From positions 1,344,001 through 1,408,000 of the forward strand of contig CBDDPY010000002.1 in the NCBI GenBank assembly GCA_965232515.1: a stretch of 64,000 bases of DNA, in the 5' to 3' direction. This DNA is from Alphaproteobacteria bacterium. GTDB lineage: Bacteria; Pseudomonadota; Alphaproteobacteria; GCA-2731375. The notes beneath the pieces are model-generated. The model was not told the origin of the DNA and did not search any database. It saw nothing but the letters and a program-made list of their open reading frames with translations. Of this stretch, positions 11,088-19,312 are shown piece by piece (the first letter of the stretch is position 1; every line of letters starts with the position of its first letter). The position numbers and the translations under genes were made by a program.

Positions 11088-11744
11088 ATGAACGTCCTCG
11101 TCGCCATGGCCGTCTTTGTCCTCAGCCACGTCGTGATCGCGCGGACGCGCCTGAAGCCCGCGCTGATCGACCGGTTCGGCGAACGCGCCTACCTCGCAGG
11201 CTATTCCGCGCTCTCGCTCGTTCTGCTCGGTTGGGTGATCGGGGCCGTGCTCGCGGCCGAACGCATTTTCCTCTGGGCGCCCCCTGAATGGGGCTACGGC
11301 TTCGCGGGCATCATCTCCTTGACCGGCTTCATCCTCATCGGCATCGGCGCGCTGGCCGTCAATCCGCTCTCGGTCGCCTTTCGCAAGGCCGGATTCGATC
11401 CCGATCGGCCGGGCGTGATCGGCTGGGTGCGTCATCCGCTGATCTGGGGACTGACCCTGTGGGGCCTGGCCCATATCCCGGCCAACGGCGACTGGCCGAG
11501 CCTCGTGCTGTTCGCCGGCTCCGCCGCCTTCGGCGCGATCGGCGTCTTTGCCATCGAGCGGCGCCTGAAACGGCGGCTGGGCCAAGACGAGTGGCGACGG
11601 TTGACGGCCGGACGCGGCCATATCGACCGCAGTTCACTCATGGGCGCGGCGCTCGGCCTGGGGCTCTGGCTGGTATTTCTTGCGCTCCACCCCATCCTGT
11701 TCGGCGCCGATCCGCTGGCTGGCTTGCTGGCGCATTTCGGTTAG
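11088..11744 (+). CDS. nnrU: NnrU family membrane protein
   Basis: VRHPLIWGLTLWGLAHIPANGD, ALHPILFG. ATG 5 nt after the upstream stop. Confidence 0.85.
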   Translation: MNVLVAMAVFVLSHVVIARTRLKPALIDRFGERAYLAGYSALSLVLLGWVIGAVLAAERIFLWAPPEWGYGFAGIISLTGFILIGIGALAVNPLSVAFRKAGFDPDRPGVIGWVRHPLIWGLTLWGLAHIPANGDWPSLVLFAGSAAFGAIGVFAIERRLKRRLGQDEWRRLTAGRGHIDRSSLMGAALGLGLWLVFLALHPILFGADPLAGLLAHFG

Positions 11745-11833
11745 CAGGTTGATGCCGAGTAGGTGACCGGCCAACCTTCCGTCCTTCGCGGGCGACGCGC
11801 TTGCTTCGGCGGCGCAGACAGGCCAAAGGCGGA

Positions 11834-11923
11834 TGGCGGATGGGGTGGGATTCGAACCCACGAGACGCGCTAACGTCTGCCGGTTTTCAAGACCGGTGCC
11901 TTAAACCGCTCGGCCACCCATCC
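11834..11923 (-). tRNA. tRNA-Ser(TGA), 90 nt, encoded CCA
   Basis: GGATGGGTGGCCGAGCGGTTTAAGGC-ACCGGT-CTTGAAA-ACCGG, long variable arm, GGTTCGAATCC, CCATCCGCCA. Confidence 0.97.
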
Positions 11924-11925
11924 GC
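11883..11925. repeat. att core copy 1 (5' half of the intact tRNA-Ser)
   Basis: GTTTTCAAGACCGGTGCCTTAAACCGCTCGGCCACCCATCCGC, identical to 26407-26449. Confidence 0.95.
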
Positions 11926-11954
11926 AATAATGATTTCAATCACTTAACAAAATT

Positions 11955-11987
11955 GTCGGGGCCGCGATACACCGCAAGAGCCCCGAC
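11955..11987 (-). terminator. Hairpin downstream of the integrase, possible terminator
   Basis: GTCGGGGC / GCCCCGAC arms, followed by AATTTTGTT on -. Confidence 0.45.
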
Positions 11988-12007
11988 TTGCAACCCAATT
12001 GCAACCC
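11988..12007 (+). repeat. Paired integrase arm-type sites
   Basis: TTGCAACCC-aa-TTGCAACCC; the same pair recurs at 26269-26289. Confidence 0.75.
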
Positions 12008-12017
12008 GACCGGCCGG

Positions 12018-13169
12018 TCAGCGTTCTACCATTGGTCTCAATATCGCGTCTATCCGGTTGGCCGCTTCTTCCTGCATTCCCGGCAGCACATGCGAATAGG
12101 TGTCGAGCGTGATCGAGACCGACGCATGGCCGGCGCGCTCACTCGCCACCTTCGGGTGCACGCCTTCAAGCAGCAGGTGCGAGATGTGCGTATGCCGGAG
12201 ATCGTGAAACCGGACGGTCGGGACATCGATGCCGGCGATGCGGCGGGCAAACTCGCGGGTGAGGGAGCGCGGCTGGACTGGCGCGCCGTCATAGCGGCAG
12301 ATAACCAACCCCTCGTCGTCGCGCCCCATGCCTTGGGCAAGCCGGAGCTCGGCCTGCTCGCGCCGATGGCGCCGCAGGGCATCGACCGCGACCGCAGGCA
12401 ATGAGATCGTCCGGCGCGAGCGTGCCGTCTTCGGCGGCTGGAACTGCACGCCCTTGGCTGTCTGCTCCAAGGTCTGGGTTACCGAGATGGACGCGCCGTC
12501 GAGATCGACATCGCGCCAGCGCAGACCAAGTATCTCGCCGCGGCGCATACCTGTGGTGACGGCCAGCAGGACCGGCATGTAAAGCTTGGTGCCGCCTATC
12601 GCGTCGAGCAGGACGCCAGTTTCCTTCGGGGTCAGGATCCGCATTTCCTTCCGCACCGGCCGCGGCGGCTCGACATCCTTGGCCGGGTTCCTGGCGATCA
12701 TCTGCCAGCGCACGGCCTGCTTTAGCGCCTGGCTGAGTATGCGGTGGTGGTGCTTCACCGACTGGGCGGAAAGACCTCCCTTGCCATCACGGCGGCCCGA
12801 TTCGAGCGCCTTTGACCATGCGGTGCTGATATGGACCGGCTGCAGCTTGCTGAGAACGTGCGTGCCCAGCGCCGGCACCAGATGATGGTGCACGATGTCG
12901 GCGTAGCGCTCGAACGTCTTCGGTCGAACGCTCGGCTTCACGGTGTCAAGCCACTGCTGCAGGAACTCGGCAACCGTGGTGCGGCTCGGCTCGACATACT
13001 CATTCGCATCCAGCGCGGCCAGCAGGCGGTTGAGTTCCCGCTGAGCATCGCGCTTGCCGCCGCGGACAGTGTGCCATTTGGTGCGGCGCTTCCCGGTCTC
13101 AGGGTCGCGCCCGATATCAATCTTTATCGCCCATGATTCCTTACCGCGCTTGCGGATATGACCTTTCAT
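12018..13169 (-). CDS. int: Tyrosine integrase with N-terminal arm-binding domain
   Basis: MKGHIRKRG, TGMRRGEILGLRW, FHDLRHTH, RAGHAS, DTYSH. Confidence 0.95.
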   Translation of the reverse strand: MKGHIRKRGKESWAIKIDIGRDPETGKRRTKWHTVRGGKRDAQRELNRLLAALDANEYVEPSRTTVAEFLQQWLDTVKPSVRPKTFERYADIVHHHLVPALGTHVLSKLQPVHISTAWSKALESGRRDGKGGLSAQSVKHHHRILSQALKQAVRWQMIARNPAKDVEPPRPVRKEMRILTPKETGVLLDAIGGTKLYMPVLLAVTTGMRRGEILGLRWRDVDLDGASISVTQTLEQTAKGVQFQPPKTARSRRTISLPAVAVDALRRHRREQAELRLAQGMGRDDEGLVICRYDGAPVQPRSLTREFARRIAGIDVPTVRFHDLRHTHISHLLLEGVHPKVASERAGHASVSITLDTYSHVLPGMQEEAANRIDAILRPMVER

Positions 13170-13717
13170 TTCAGCCTCCCGATCAGATCGCCCAGCCATT
13201 CCCGGATGCTGGGGAACATCTTCAACTGTTTTGAGTATTGAACGCCCTTCTCCGGAAGCGGCGTCTCATAGGTCATTTTCAACTGATCGATGATCCCGAG
13301 AGCGGTGGCCTCCGCCAATTGCTCGGGCTTAGGTGCCCAGCTTAGATGGGCCGGCGCCTTGGTCTTGCCCGCGGGTCGGAAGGCCAGCAACAGCTTTGCA
13401 ATCGCCTGGGCAGTGACCTCGGTGGTGTAAGCGTCGCTCGCCCAGTGCCGCCGCGTGATCATCTCGACCGAGTCAAAGACCTCGTTGAACAGCCGCGCAA
13501 ACGCATAGCGCTCGAGGCTATCGAACCGCTCCCGGATTTGCTTTTCATCGTCGAATGACCCGCGCAGCCGCGCCTCGACCTCCTGGCTAAGTGACATGTT
13601 GCTCGCCGCCCGGGCGTCCTCCAACGCCTGCCGCAAGTCGGCTGTAATGCGCGTGGTGAGCACGGCCCGCTTGTCCTCATAAGGCCCGCTTGGTTTGCGT
13701 CCGATCTTCCTTGGCAT
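13166..13717 (-). CDS. Ribbon-helix-helix (Arc/TraY-like) regulator, probable repressor
   Basis: VLTTRITADLRQALEDARAASNMSLSQEVEARL. Coupled to int and divergent from xis. Confidence 0.7.
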   Translation of the reverse strand: MPRKIGRKPSGPYEDKRAVLTTRITADLRQALEDARAASNMSLSQEVEARLRGSFDDEKQIRERFDSLERYAFARLFNEVFDSVEMITRRHWASDAYTTEVTAQAIAKLLLAFRPAGKTKAPAHLSWAPKPEQLAEATALGIIDQLKMTYETPLPEKGVQYSKQLKMFPSIREWLGDLIGRLK

Positions 13718-13898
13718 CGTCTCGTCCTGCTTAATTTGTCTTCACTATTTTTCACTCTGATGCGTTTTGATGTGGTGCGCAAGCACAAAAAGGGCTATAG
13801 CGGCTAGAGGCGAAACAAAACGAGACCGGCCGAGGCCACAGAGGGGGCCGTAGTCCTAGGGCTCGACCAACTGCGAAGCGCAAAGGAAAGGAAACATC

Positions 13899-14093
13899 AT
13901 GCTGGAAAACCCGAAGACCATCAGCGTCCCCGAGGCCGGCTGGCGCTATTTCGGTCTCAGCAAGAATGCGTCCTATGAGGCCGCCAGGCGCGGCGATCTT
14001 CCCGTCATCCGCATCGGTCGCATCCTGCGCGTCCCGGTGGCCGCGATGGACCGAATGCTTGAGCAGGCCGGCCAAAACGAACGCGCTGCCTGA
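13899..14093 (+). CDS. Excisionase/AlpA-like DNA-binding protein
   Basis: TISVPEAG...GLSKNASYEAARRGDLPVIRIGRILRVP. Confidence 0.85.
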   Translation: MLENPKTISVPEAGWRYFGLSKNASYEAARRGDLPVIRIGRILRVPVAAMDRMLEQAGQNERAA

Positions 14094-14302
14094 CGCGACG
14101 AGTAGAAAGAGGACCGAGCGCTAGCCGCGAGCCATGACCGCAAGGCTCACTATCGATGCTGAGCGAGAACGCCGGCTGTGCGACGGCGAAAGATCGCCAG
14201 ACCGCGCAGGCGGTACGACGGACATGGCAGCAGATGCGGCCATGAACACGTTTGAGAGGATCGGCGAGATTGTCGACCGAATCGTAAAGCGGATTTGGAT
14301 CG

Positions 14303-14866
14303 ATGATTGAACTCGACTTCGACCCCCGAGAGACCTTCTACGCCTGCGGGCGCGATGTCCGACAGAGCCACATTGATCGGATCTGCCGGCACGTCACACC
14401 GCGCGCATTGCTCGGCGGCGGCGGCTTCGGTGTTGCCCGCATCCAGTTCGACGGTGACAGGTTCGATTTCGACGCCGCCGGCTTCGAAGCGTTCATTCTG
14501 GCCGCAAGAGAGTCACGGTGGACCGATCAGCTCGGAACCATAACCCCCATTATCGATCTCGTTGCCTGGCTGCCCGACCGCCCGCAGGTGTTCGGCGTGC
14601 TGGAGGGCCGCGCCTGGGCACTCGGGGAGCCGGCTCTATCGCCGAACCGAATGACCGCAGTCCCGGTCGTGCGAACACCGCTCGCCTGGCTGCAGCACGG
14701 CGGCGACGCGCTGCTGATCCTCGATCGCAAGCGGGCTTGGCTAGAACTGATGCACGGGCCGGCCCTGATCGCCGAAGACGTGCAGCATGGCCGAGAGCTG
14801 CGAGAGATCGTCAACCCGCCGAAATGGACGGGCGAAATCATGTTGCGGGAGAGGGCGGCAGCATGA
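14303..14866 (+). CDS. Replication-associated hypothetical protein (primase position)
   Basis: IIDLVAW...RTPLAWL motif. ATGA-coupled to the helicase. Confidence 0.65.
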   Translation: MIELDFDPRETFYACGRDVRQSHIDRICRHVTPRALLGGGGFGVARIQFDGDRFDFDAAGFEAFILAARESRWTDQLGTITPIIDLVAWLPDRPQVFGVLEGRAWALGEPALSPNRMTAVPVVRTPLAWLQHGGDALLILDRKRAWLELMHGPALIAEDVQHGRELREIVNPPKWTGEIMLRERAAA

Positions 14867-16005
14867 GCGACGACGGGTTGATCCGACTGGAGGACGCCGA
14901 ACACCGCGCCCGCGGCGGCGATCCCACGCCGATCATCGACGAACTCGACCCTGTAAGGCTGCACGGCAAGCCGATCCCGCCGCGCCGCTGGTTGGTGCCC
15001 GGCCTGATCCCGTGGAAATCCGTCACGTTGCTCGGCGGCGATGGTGGGTTGGGAAAGTCGCTGCTAGCAATGCAGCTCCAGGCCGCGGCCGCGATCGGGC
15101 AAGACTGGATCGGGTTCGAAACCCAGCCGGTCAAGTCATACGGCATCTACTGCGAGGACGACGCCGACGAGCTGCACCGCCGGCTTGCCGACATTGCACG
15201 GCATCACGGCGTCGAGCTCGGCGACCTGGCCGACATGCTGATGGCGCCGAGGGTCGGACACAACAGTGTTTTGGCGTCGACCGGCTACGACCGCATCTTC
15301 CGCGAGCTGCCGCTATTCCAGGCTGTCAAAGCGAAGTGCCGCGAGCATGGCGCCCAATTACTCATCATCGACACCGTGGCCGACACGTTCGGCGGAAACG
15401 AGAACTTCCGCGGCGAGGTGCGCACCTTCATCAACCTGCTGCGGCAGATCGCAATCGAGATCGACGGCGCCGTTGTCTTAACCGCACATCCGTCGAAAGA
15501 CGGCCTGTCGACCGGCAGCGGTATTTCGGGGTCGACCGCCTGGAACAACAGCGTTCGGTCTCGCGTCTACCTGACCCGGCCCAACACCGACGACGGCGAG
15601 GAGGACCGATCGGACGAACGGGTGCTGAAGACGATGAAAGCCAATTACGGCGGCCTGCATGACGATATCCGGCTCGTCTGGCGGGATGGCGTTTTCGTCC
15701 GCATCGAGGAGCCGAGCGGCACCATTGGTGCCATCGAGCGACGGTCAGCGGAAGGTGCGTTTCTGGAGGGTCTGGACGCGCTGCAGCGCCAGGGCCGAGC
15801 GGTTAGCGAGTCCCGCAATGCCGGCAACTTCGCGCCGAAGGTAATCGCCGGCATGAAGGTCGGGAAGCGGCACGGCCGGGGCAAGTTGGCCAAGGCCATG
15901 GAGCGGCTTTTCGACGAAGGAAAGATCAAGGTCGAGACGTACGGACGCACCGGCGATCGGCACAAGCGCATCGTCATCGTCGGCGAGGAGGGGCACGAAA
16001 AATGA
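14863..16005 (+). CDS. RepA/AAA_25-family (RecA-like) replicative helicase
   Basis: Walker A GDGGLGKS, Walker B LLIIDT, AHPSK, SGSTAWNNSVRSR, KANYG. Confidence 0.9.
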   Translation: MSDDGLIRLEDAEHRARGGDPTPIIDELDPVRLHGKPIPPRRWLVPGLIPWKSVTLLGGDGGLGKSLLAMQLQAAAAIGQDWIGFETQPVKSYGIYCEDDADELHRRLADIARHHGVELGDLADMLMAPRVGHNSVLASTGYDRIFRELPLFQAVKAKCREHGAQLLIIDTVADTFGGNENFRGEVRTFINLLRQIAIEIDGAVVLTAHPSKDGLSTGSGISGSTAWNNSVRSRVYLTRPNTDDGEEDRSDERVLKTMKANYGGLHDDIRLVWRDGVFVRIEEPSGTIGAIERRSAEGAFLEGLDALQRQGRAVSESRNAGNFAPKVIAGMKVGKRHGRGKLAKAMERLFDEGKIKVETYGRTGDRHKRIVIVGEEGHEK

Positions 16006-16007
16006 GC

Positions 16008-16172
16008 TGCGTCGGTCCCGTTTCGCCACCTCGTAAGTCATTGATTTTATTCGCGTCGGTGTGTGTTCGACGATTTTGCGTAGGTGTCTGAGAAAATGAA
16101 AGAAAATCAATCACTTAACTCTTGCGTCGGTTCTGCGTCGGTGTGTGCCTACCCCCATAGGGGGGTAGGGCA
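16008..16172. promoter_or_regulatory. Putative replication origin of the element
   Basis: Five GCGT(C/A)GGT iterons, two inverted IHF-like sites, an AT-rich patch and a CCTACCCCC/GGGGGTAGG palindrome right after the helicase. Confidence 0.65.
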
Positions 16173-16243
16173 GGGCCCCCGCTCGTCGGGGGAGCCCACT
16201 GCCCCAGTTCCGTCACTCCCCTTGGAAACCCGGAGGAACCGAA

Positions 16244-16588
16244 ATGCTTGATGACATCACCTGCGCCGAGTTCGGCCAGCGCGTGGTCGACGAACTCGCG
16301 CGAACCTGCCCGCATCTGCAGCCTTTCCTCGTCGAGACCGCCCGGTTCGGCGCGGTATGCACATTCGCTCGCGAGAAGAAGTTGGGCGGCGACAAGCCGG
16401 CCTGGCAGATCCTCGAGTCGGCGCTTGCTGACATCTTTCACGTGGCGCGCCGGATAGGCACCGGCGGCGATGACATGACCTGGACCGTGGTTTCGGACAA
16501 GGCCGCGCTTCGCGAGGCGCTGACCGCCGTTTTGCAGCCCGAGCCGGCGCCCGAGCCCGAAGAACCGAACATCCTTATGGCCGGTTAG
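16244..16588 (+). CDS. Hypothetical protein
   Basis: GGAGG RBS; first gene of a co-oriented cluster. Confidence 0.7.
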   Translation: MLDDITCAEFGQRVVDELARTCPHLQPFLVETARFGAVCTFAREKKLGGDKPAWQILESALADIFHVARRIGTGGDDMTWTVVSDKAALREALTAVLQPEPAPEPEEPNILMAG

Positions 16589-16631
16589 GACGGCGAAACC
16601 GGCGTCTGTCTGCACAGTGGAGACCGCGCAA

Positions 16632-16868
16632 GTGAGCGAAAAGACAAAGGAAACCGGGAAACGCCCCCCTCGTGTCGGCCGTCTTGACACCGTTGGCGGC
16701 GTCGTCGCGGAGCTGGGCAAGATCTATCGAGCGGCCCGCCGCGGCGATATCGACACCCAGGATGTGACCCGGCTCGCCTATGTGCTGTCGCAAATCCGCG
16801 CGGCCATCGAAAGCAGCGAAATCGAGCGCCGGCTTGACGAGCTTGAACGCAAGGCAGGAACGCTATGA
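16632..16868 (+). CDS. Small helical protein, possible small-terminase-like oligomerisation domain
   Basis: RLDTVGGVVAELGKIYRAARRGDIDTQDVTRLAYVL...IERRLDELE. GGAGA RBS. Confidence 0.6.
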   Translation: MSEKTKETGKRPPRVGRLDTVGGVVAELGKIYRAARRGDIDTQDVTRLAYVLSQIRAAIESSEIERRLDELERKAGTL

Positions 16869-17179
16869 GCAAGCGCCTCCGCGCCCGGTTGGAACGCCTC
16901 GAAACCGCGAAGGCAGATGCCGAGGCGTTCTGCAACACCATCGTCGTTCTGCCCGGAGAGACGCACGACCAGGCGCTCGGTCGCCTCGGCTTCGAGCCTG
17001 GCCCAGTCGACATGACCATGTTCGTGCAGCGGTTCGCCGAAGACGCGCAGCCAGAACCGGTAAAGCGGACACCGCTCGTCGGCAGACCAGCCGGGCCGCT
17101 CCGGGTTGTTATGGCCGACGACTGGAGCCGGGAAGACTGGGACCTGACGGAATACGCCGACTGCGAGGGGCGGTCATGA
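16865..17179 (+). CDS. Hypothetical protein (RLxRL...PGET, copy 1)
   Basis: ATGA coupling on both sides. Confidence 0.7.
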   Translation: MSKRLRARLERLETAKADAEAFCNTIVVLPGETHDQALGRLGFEPGPVDMTMFVQRFAEDAQPEPVKRTPLVGRPAGPLRVVMADDWSREDWDLTEYADCEGRS

Positions 17180-17364
17180 GGCGGAGCATCACACATCGCC
17201 TCGACCGCGTGGCCCGCCGCGTCGACCCGTCGCCGGGGATTGTATTTGTCATTATCAAGCCCGGAGAGACGCGGGAATCCGTCATGGCCGAAAGGGGCCT
17301 GACCGGGCGCAAGTTCCGAGCCCTCTACATCATCGACCTGACGAAAGGGGAACACGATGAATGA
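17176..17364 (+). CDS. Hypothetical protein (RLxRL...PGET, copy 2)
   Basis: 62 aa MRRSITHRLDRV...IIKPGETRE, ATGA coupled. Confidence 0.65.
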   Translation: MRRSITHRLDRVARRVDPSPGIVFVIIKPGETRESVMAERGLTGRKFRALYIIDLTKGEHDE

Positions 17365-18013
17365 ACCTGTAAACGAGGCCGAACCGTCGGCAGCCGAGAA
17401 GGTGGCCGCGACGCTCGCCGGCCTCGAAACGCAACTCGCCGACGCGACGGCCGAGCGTTCCGAGCTGATCGACCGACAGGGCCGATTGGCGATGCGCATG
17501 CACAGCGGCGACAGCGCAGCCGGCGAAGCCTATCGCGGCGTGGTGGGCGAGCGGCGCCGGCTTGATGAGACGGTCGAAAGCCTGACGCTCGCTGTGCAGG
17601 CGGCCCGCGCCGAGCATGAGCAGGCTGTCAGCGACGATATGGCGGCCGCCGAGGCAAACCGGGCCGAGCGTATCGACGCCCTACTCGACCTGCGCAATGC
17701 GGCGCTTGCCGACGCCGAGCGAGCCTTGCGCGAGGCGCTCGACCGGCTGGACCGAGCCGGCGAGCTGGCGGCCGAGATCGTCGAGGTTCGCGGCGCTGTC
17801 AAGAACCTGCCCCGTTTCAGCAACACGCTGCACCCCGAAAACACACGCGACCGGCTGTCGTGTTCGGCCAACGCGTTCGGGCTCGGGCGGTGGCTCAATC
17901 TCGATCAGGAGCGGATGCCGTTCATCAGGGACGACACGCCATCGTCGCTGGTCGACGTCGAGGCACCCGTACAGGACCGATATCGACTGACCGAGAAGGA
18001 GCACGCGGCATGA
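17357..18013 (+). CDS. Coiled-coil hypothetical protein
   Basis: Long Ala/Glu/Leu/Arg heptad pattern; coupled in operon. Confidence 0.75.
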   Translation: MNEPVNEAEPSAAEKVAATLAGLETQLADATAERSELIDRQGRLAMRMHSGDSAAGEAYRGVVGERRRLDETVESLTLAVQAARAEHEQAVSDDMAAAEANRAERIDALLDLRNAALADAERALREALDRLDRAGELAAEIVEVRGAVKNLPRFSNTLHPENTRDRLSCSANAFGLGRWLNLDQERMPFIRDDTPSSLVDVEAPVQDRYRLTEKEHAA

Positions 18014-18363
18014 ACGCGCAAGAGGCACAACGGAAGATCCGCGCCATCCTGGCCGACAAGGATCACGCCTATCACGATTCTCGTAGTCCACAGCATCAAG
18101 ACGCTGTGGACGTGATGCAGGGGCTTTACGAGATCGTCTATCCGGTCAGCGAGCCCGAGCCCGGCGGGCAGCGGTTCGCCGAGCTGGCGCAATCCCAGAT
18201 CCGGAAGAAGGAAAGCGATCCCGACTTCATGGCGGCGTACCGCGAACCCGGCCACGCCGATCACGCGCAGGCGGTCGAGACCATGAACCGGCTTTACCGC
18301 GAGGCGCACCCGGAGCCCTCGATCGAGGAAGGGTTCGCAGACGCAGGAGGGCCCGAGCAATGA
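18010..18363 (+). CDS. Protein of two tandem repeats resembling a podovirus scaffold C-terminal motif
   Basis: AQRKIRAILADKDHAYHDSRSPQHQDAVDVMQGLY and AQSQIRKKESDPDFMAAYREPGHADHAQAVETMNRLY. Confidence 0.7.
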   Translation: MNAQEAQRKIRAILADKDHAYHDSRSPQHQDAVDVMQGLYEIVYPVSEPEPGGQRFAELAQSQIRKKESDPDFMAAYREPGHADHAQAVETMNRLYREAHPEPSIEEGFADAGGPEQ

Positions 18364-18803
18364 CCATGAGCGGCGTTGCAACCGGCGGCCTGGGCAGCAT
18401 CGGAGACCAGCAGCACAAGCCCGATGACTTCCAGGCACTCTTGGAGACGTACGGCACCGCCTCGGCGGCCGGCGACTACAAGCACTTCAGCGAAGCGGTT
18501 GGGGACAGGCTGGTTGAAGCCGGCGTGCTGGACGAAAATAGCCCTTGGCTGACGACGTTCGTCTTGCAGGCGCAGGCGGCGGCAAAGCTCCGGGAAGTCG
18601 TCGACGGACGCGGCGAAGTGGTGCGGGATTTCGGCGGGCTCGCCATGTTCCTAAGTGATCGCGCGATGATCGGTGGCGACGAAGGGCGTCGGCTACTGCT
18701 CGAGTACGCAGACTTCCGCCAGGCGTTCGCAAAGGCATGCCGGGACGAGCTGGAAGCCCGAAGCGGACAACCAGGCTACGAAGCACCGGACGACGCCGCA
18801 TGA
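18360..18803 (+). CDS. Hypothetical protein
   Basis: ATGA coupled on both sides, GGAGG RBS. Confidence 0.7.
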   Translation: MTMSGVATGGLGSIGDQQHKPDDFQALLETYGTASAAGDYKHFSEAVGDRLVEAGVLDENSPWLTTFVLQAQAAAKLREVVDGRGEVVRDFGGLAMFLSDRAMIGGDEGRRLLLEYADFRQAFAKACRDELEARSGQPGYEAPDDAA

Positions 18804-19312
18804 CCACTGCGCCCGCTACAGTCGATTATCGCGCGCGCTCGCGGCGGCCCGTCATCCGGGAAGCGACGGCCGCCGACGTGCCCGAGCTGGTGCGCCTGGG
18901 CGCCGAGATGCACGCGGAGTCGCCGGCCTATTCCTGGCTGCCGTTCGACGACGTGCTGGCGCTCGCGAACGGGCATCGCTGGGTGATGAGCGACGAACAC
19001 TTGGTGCTGACGGCCGACGATGACGGCGACCTGTTCGGCGTGCTGGTCGGGCACCTCGGACGGTTCTTCTTCTCGCGCCGGCTGATCGCCTCCGACATCG
19101 TGCTCTATGTCCGCGCCGAACGCCGCGGCGGCCTGGCGGCGAGCCGGATGGTCAAGCGCTTCCGGGACTGGGCGACAGAGCGCGGCGCCGCCGAGATGTG
19201 TATCGGGGTAAGCGCCGGCATCGATAGCGAGCGTATCGGCCGCTGGCTGGAAGCGATGGGAATGGACATCGGCGCGGTCACGTACAAGAGGCGGCTCGAT
19301 GTCACTCCATGA
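18800..19312 (+). CDS. Phage-type GNAT acetyltransferase
   Basis: IREATAADVPELVRLGAEMHAES, LYVRAERRGG, WATERGA. Confidence 0.8.
   Translation: MTTAPATVDYRARSRRPVIREATAADVPELVRLGAEMHAESPAYSWLPFDDVLALANGHRWVMSDEHLVLTADDDGDLFGVLVGHLGRFFFSRRLIASDIVLYVRAERRGGLAASRMVKRFRDWATERGAAEMCIGVSAGIDSERIGRWLEAMGMDIGAVTYKRRLDVTP

Noticed and set aside
14134-14310. 58-aa ORF between xis and the replication genes
   Set aside because: Plausible (ends ...FERIGEIVDRIVKRIWIDD, overlaps the next start) but the start is ambiguous and there is no motif; not listed as a feature.
14518-14862. N-terminal extensions from the ORF track (helicase, also nnrU, hflX, trkA, ntrC, pgpA)
   Set aside because: They overlap upstream genes; downstream starts with RBS or stop-start coupling fit better.
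16008-16147. CRISPR-like repeats
   Set aside because: Units are 8-14 bp with irregular spacing and no cas genes; they fit iterons better. No CRISPR array seen in the window.
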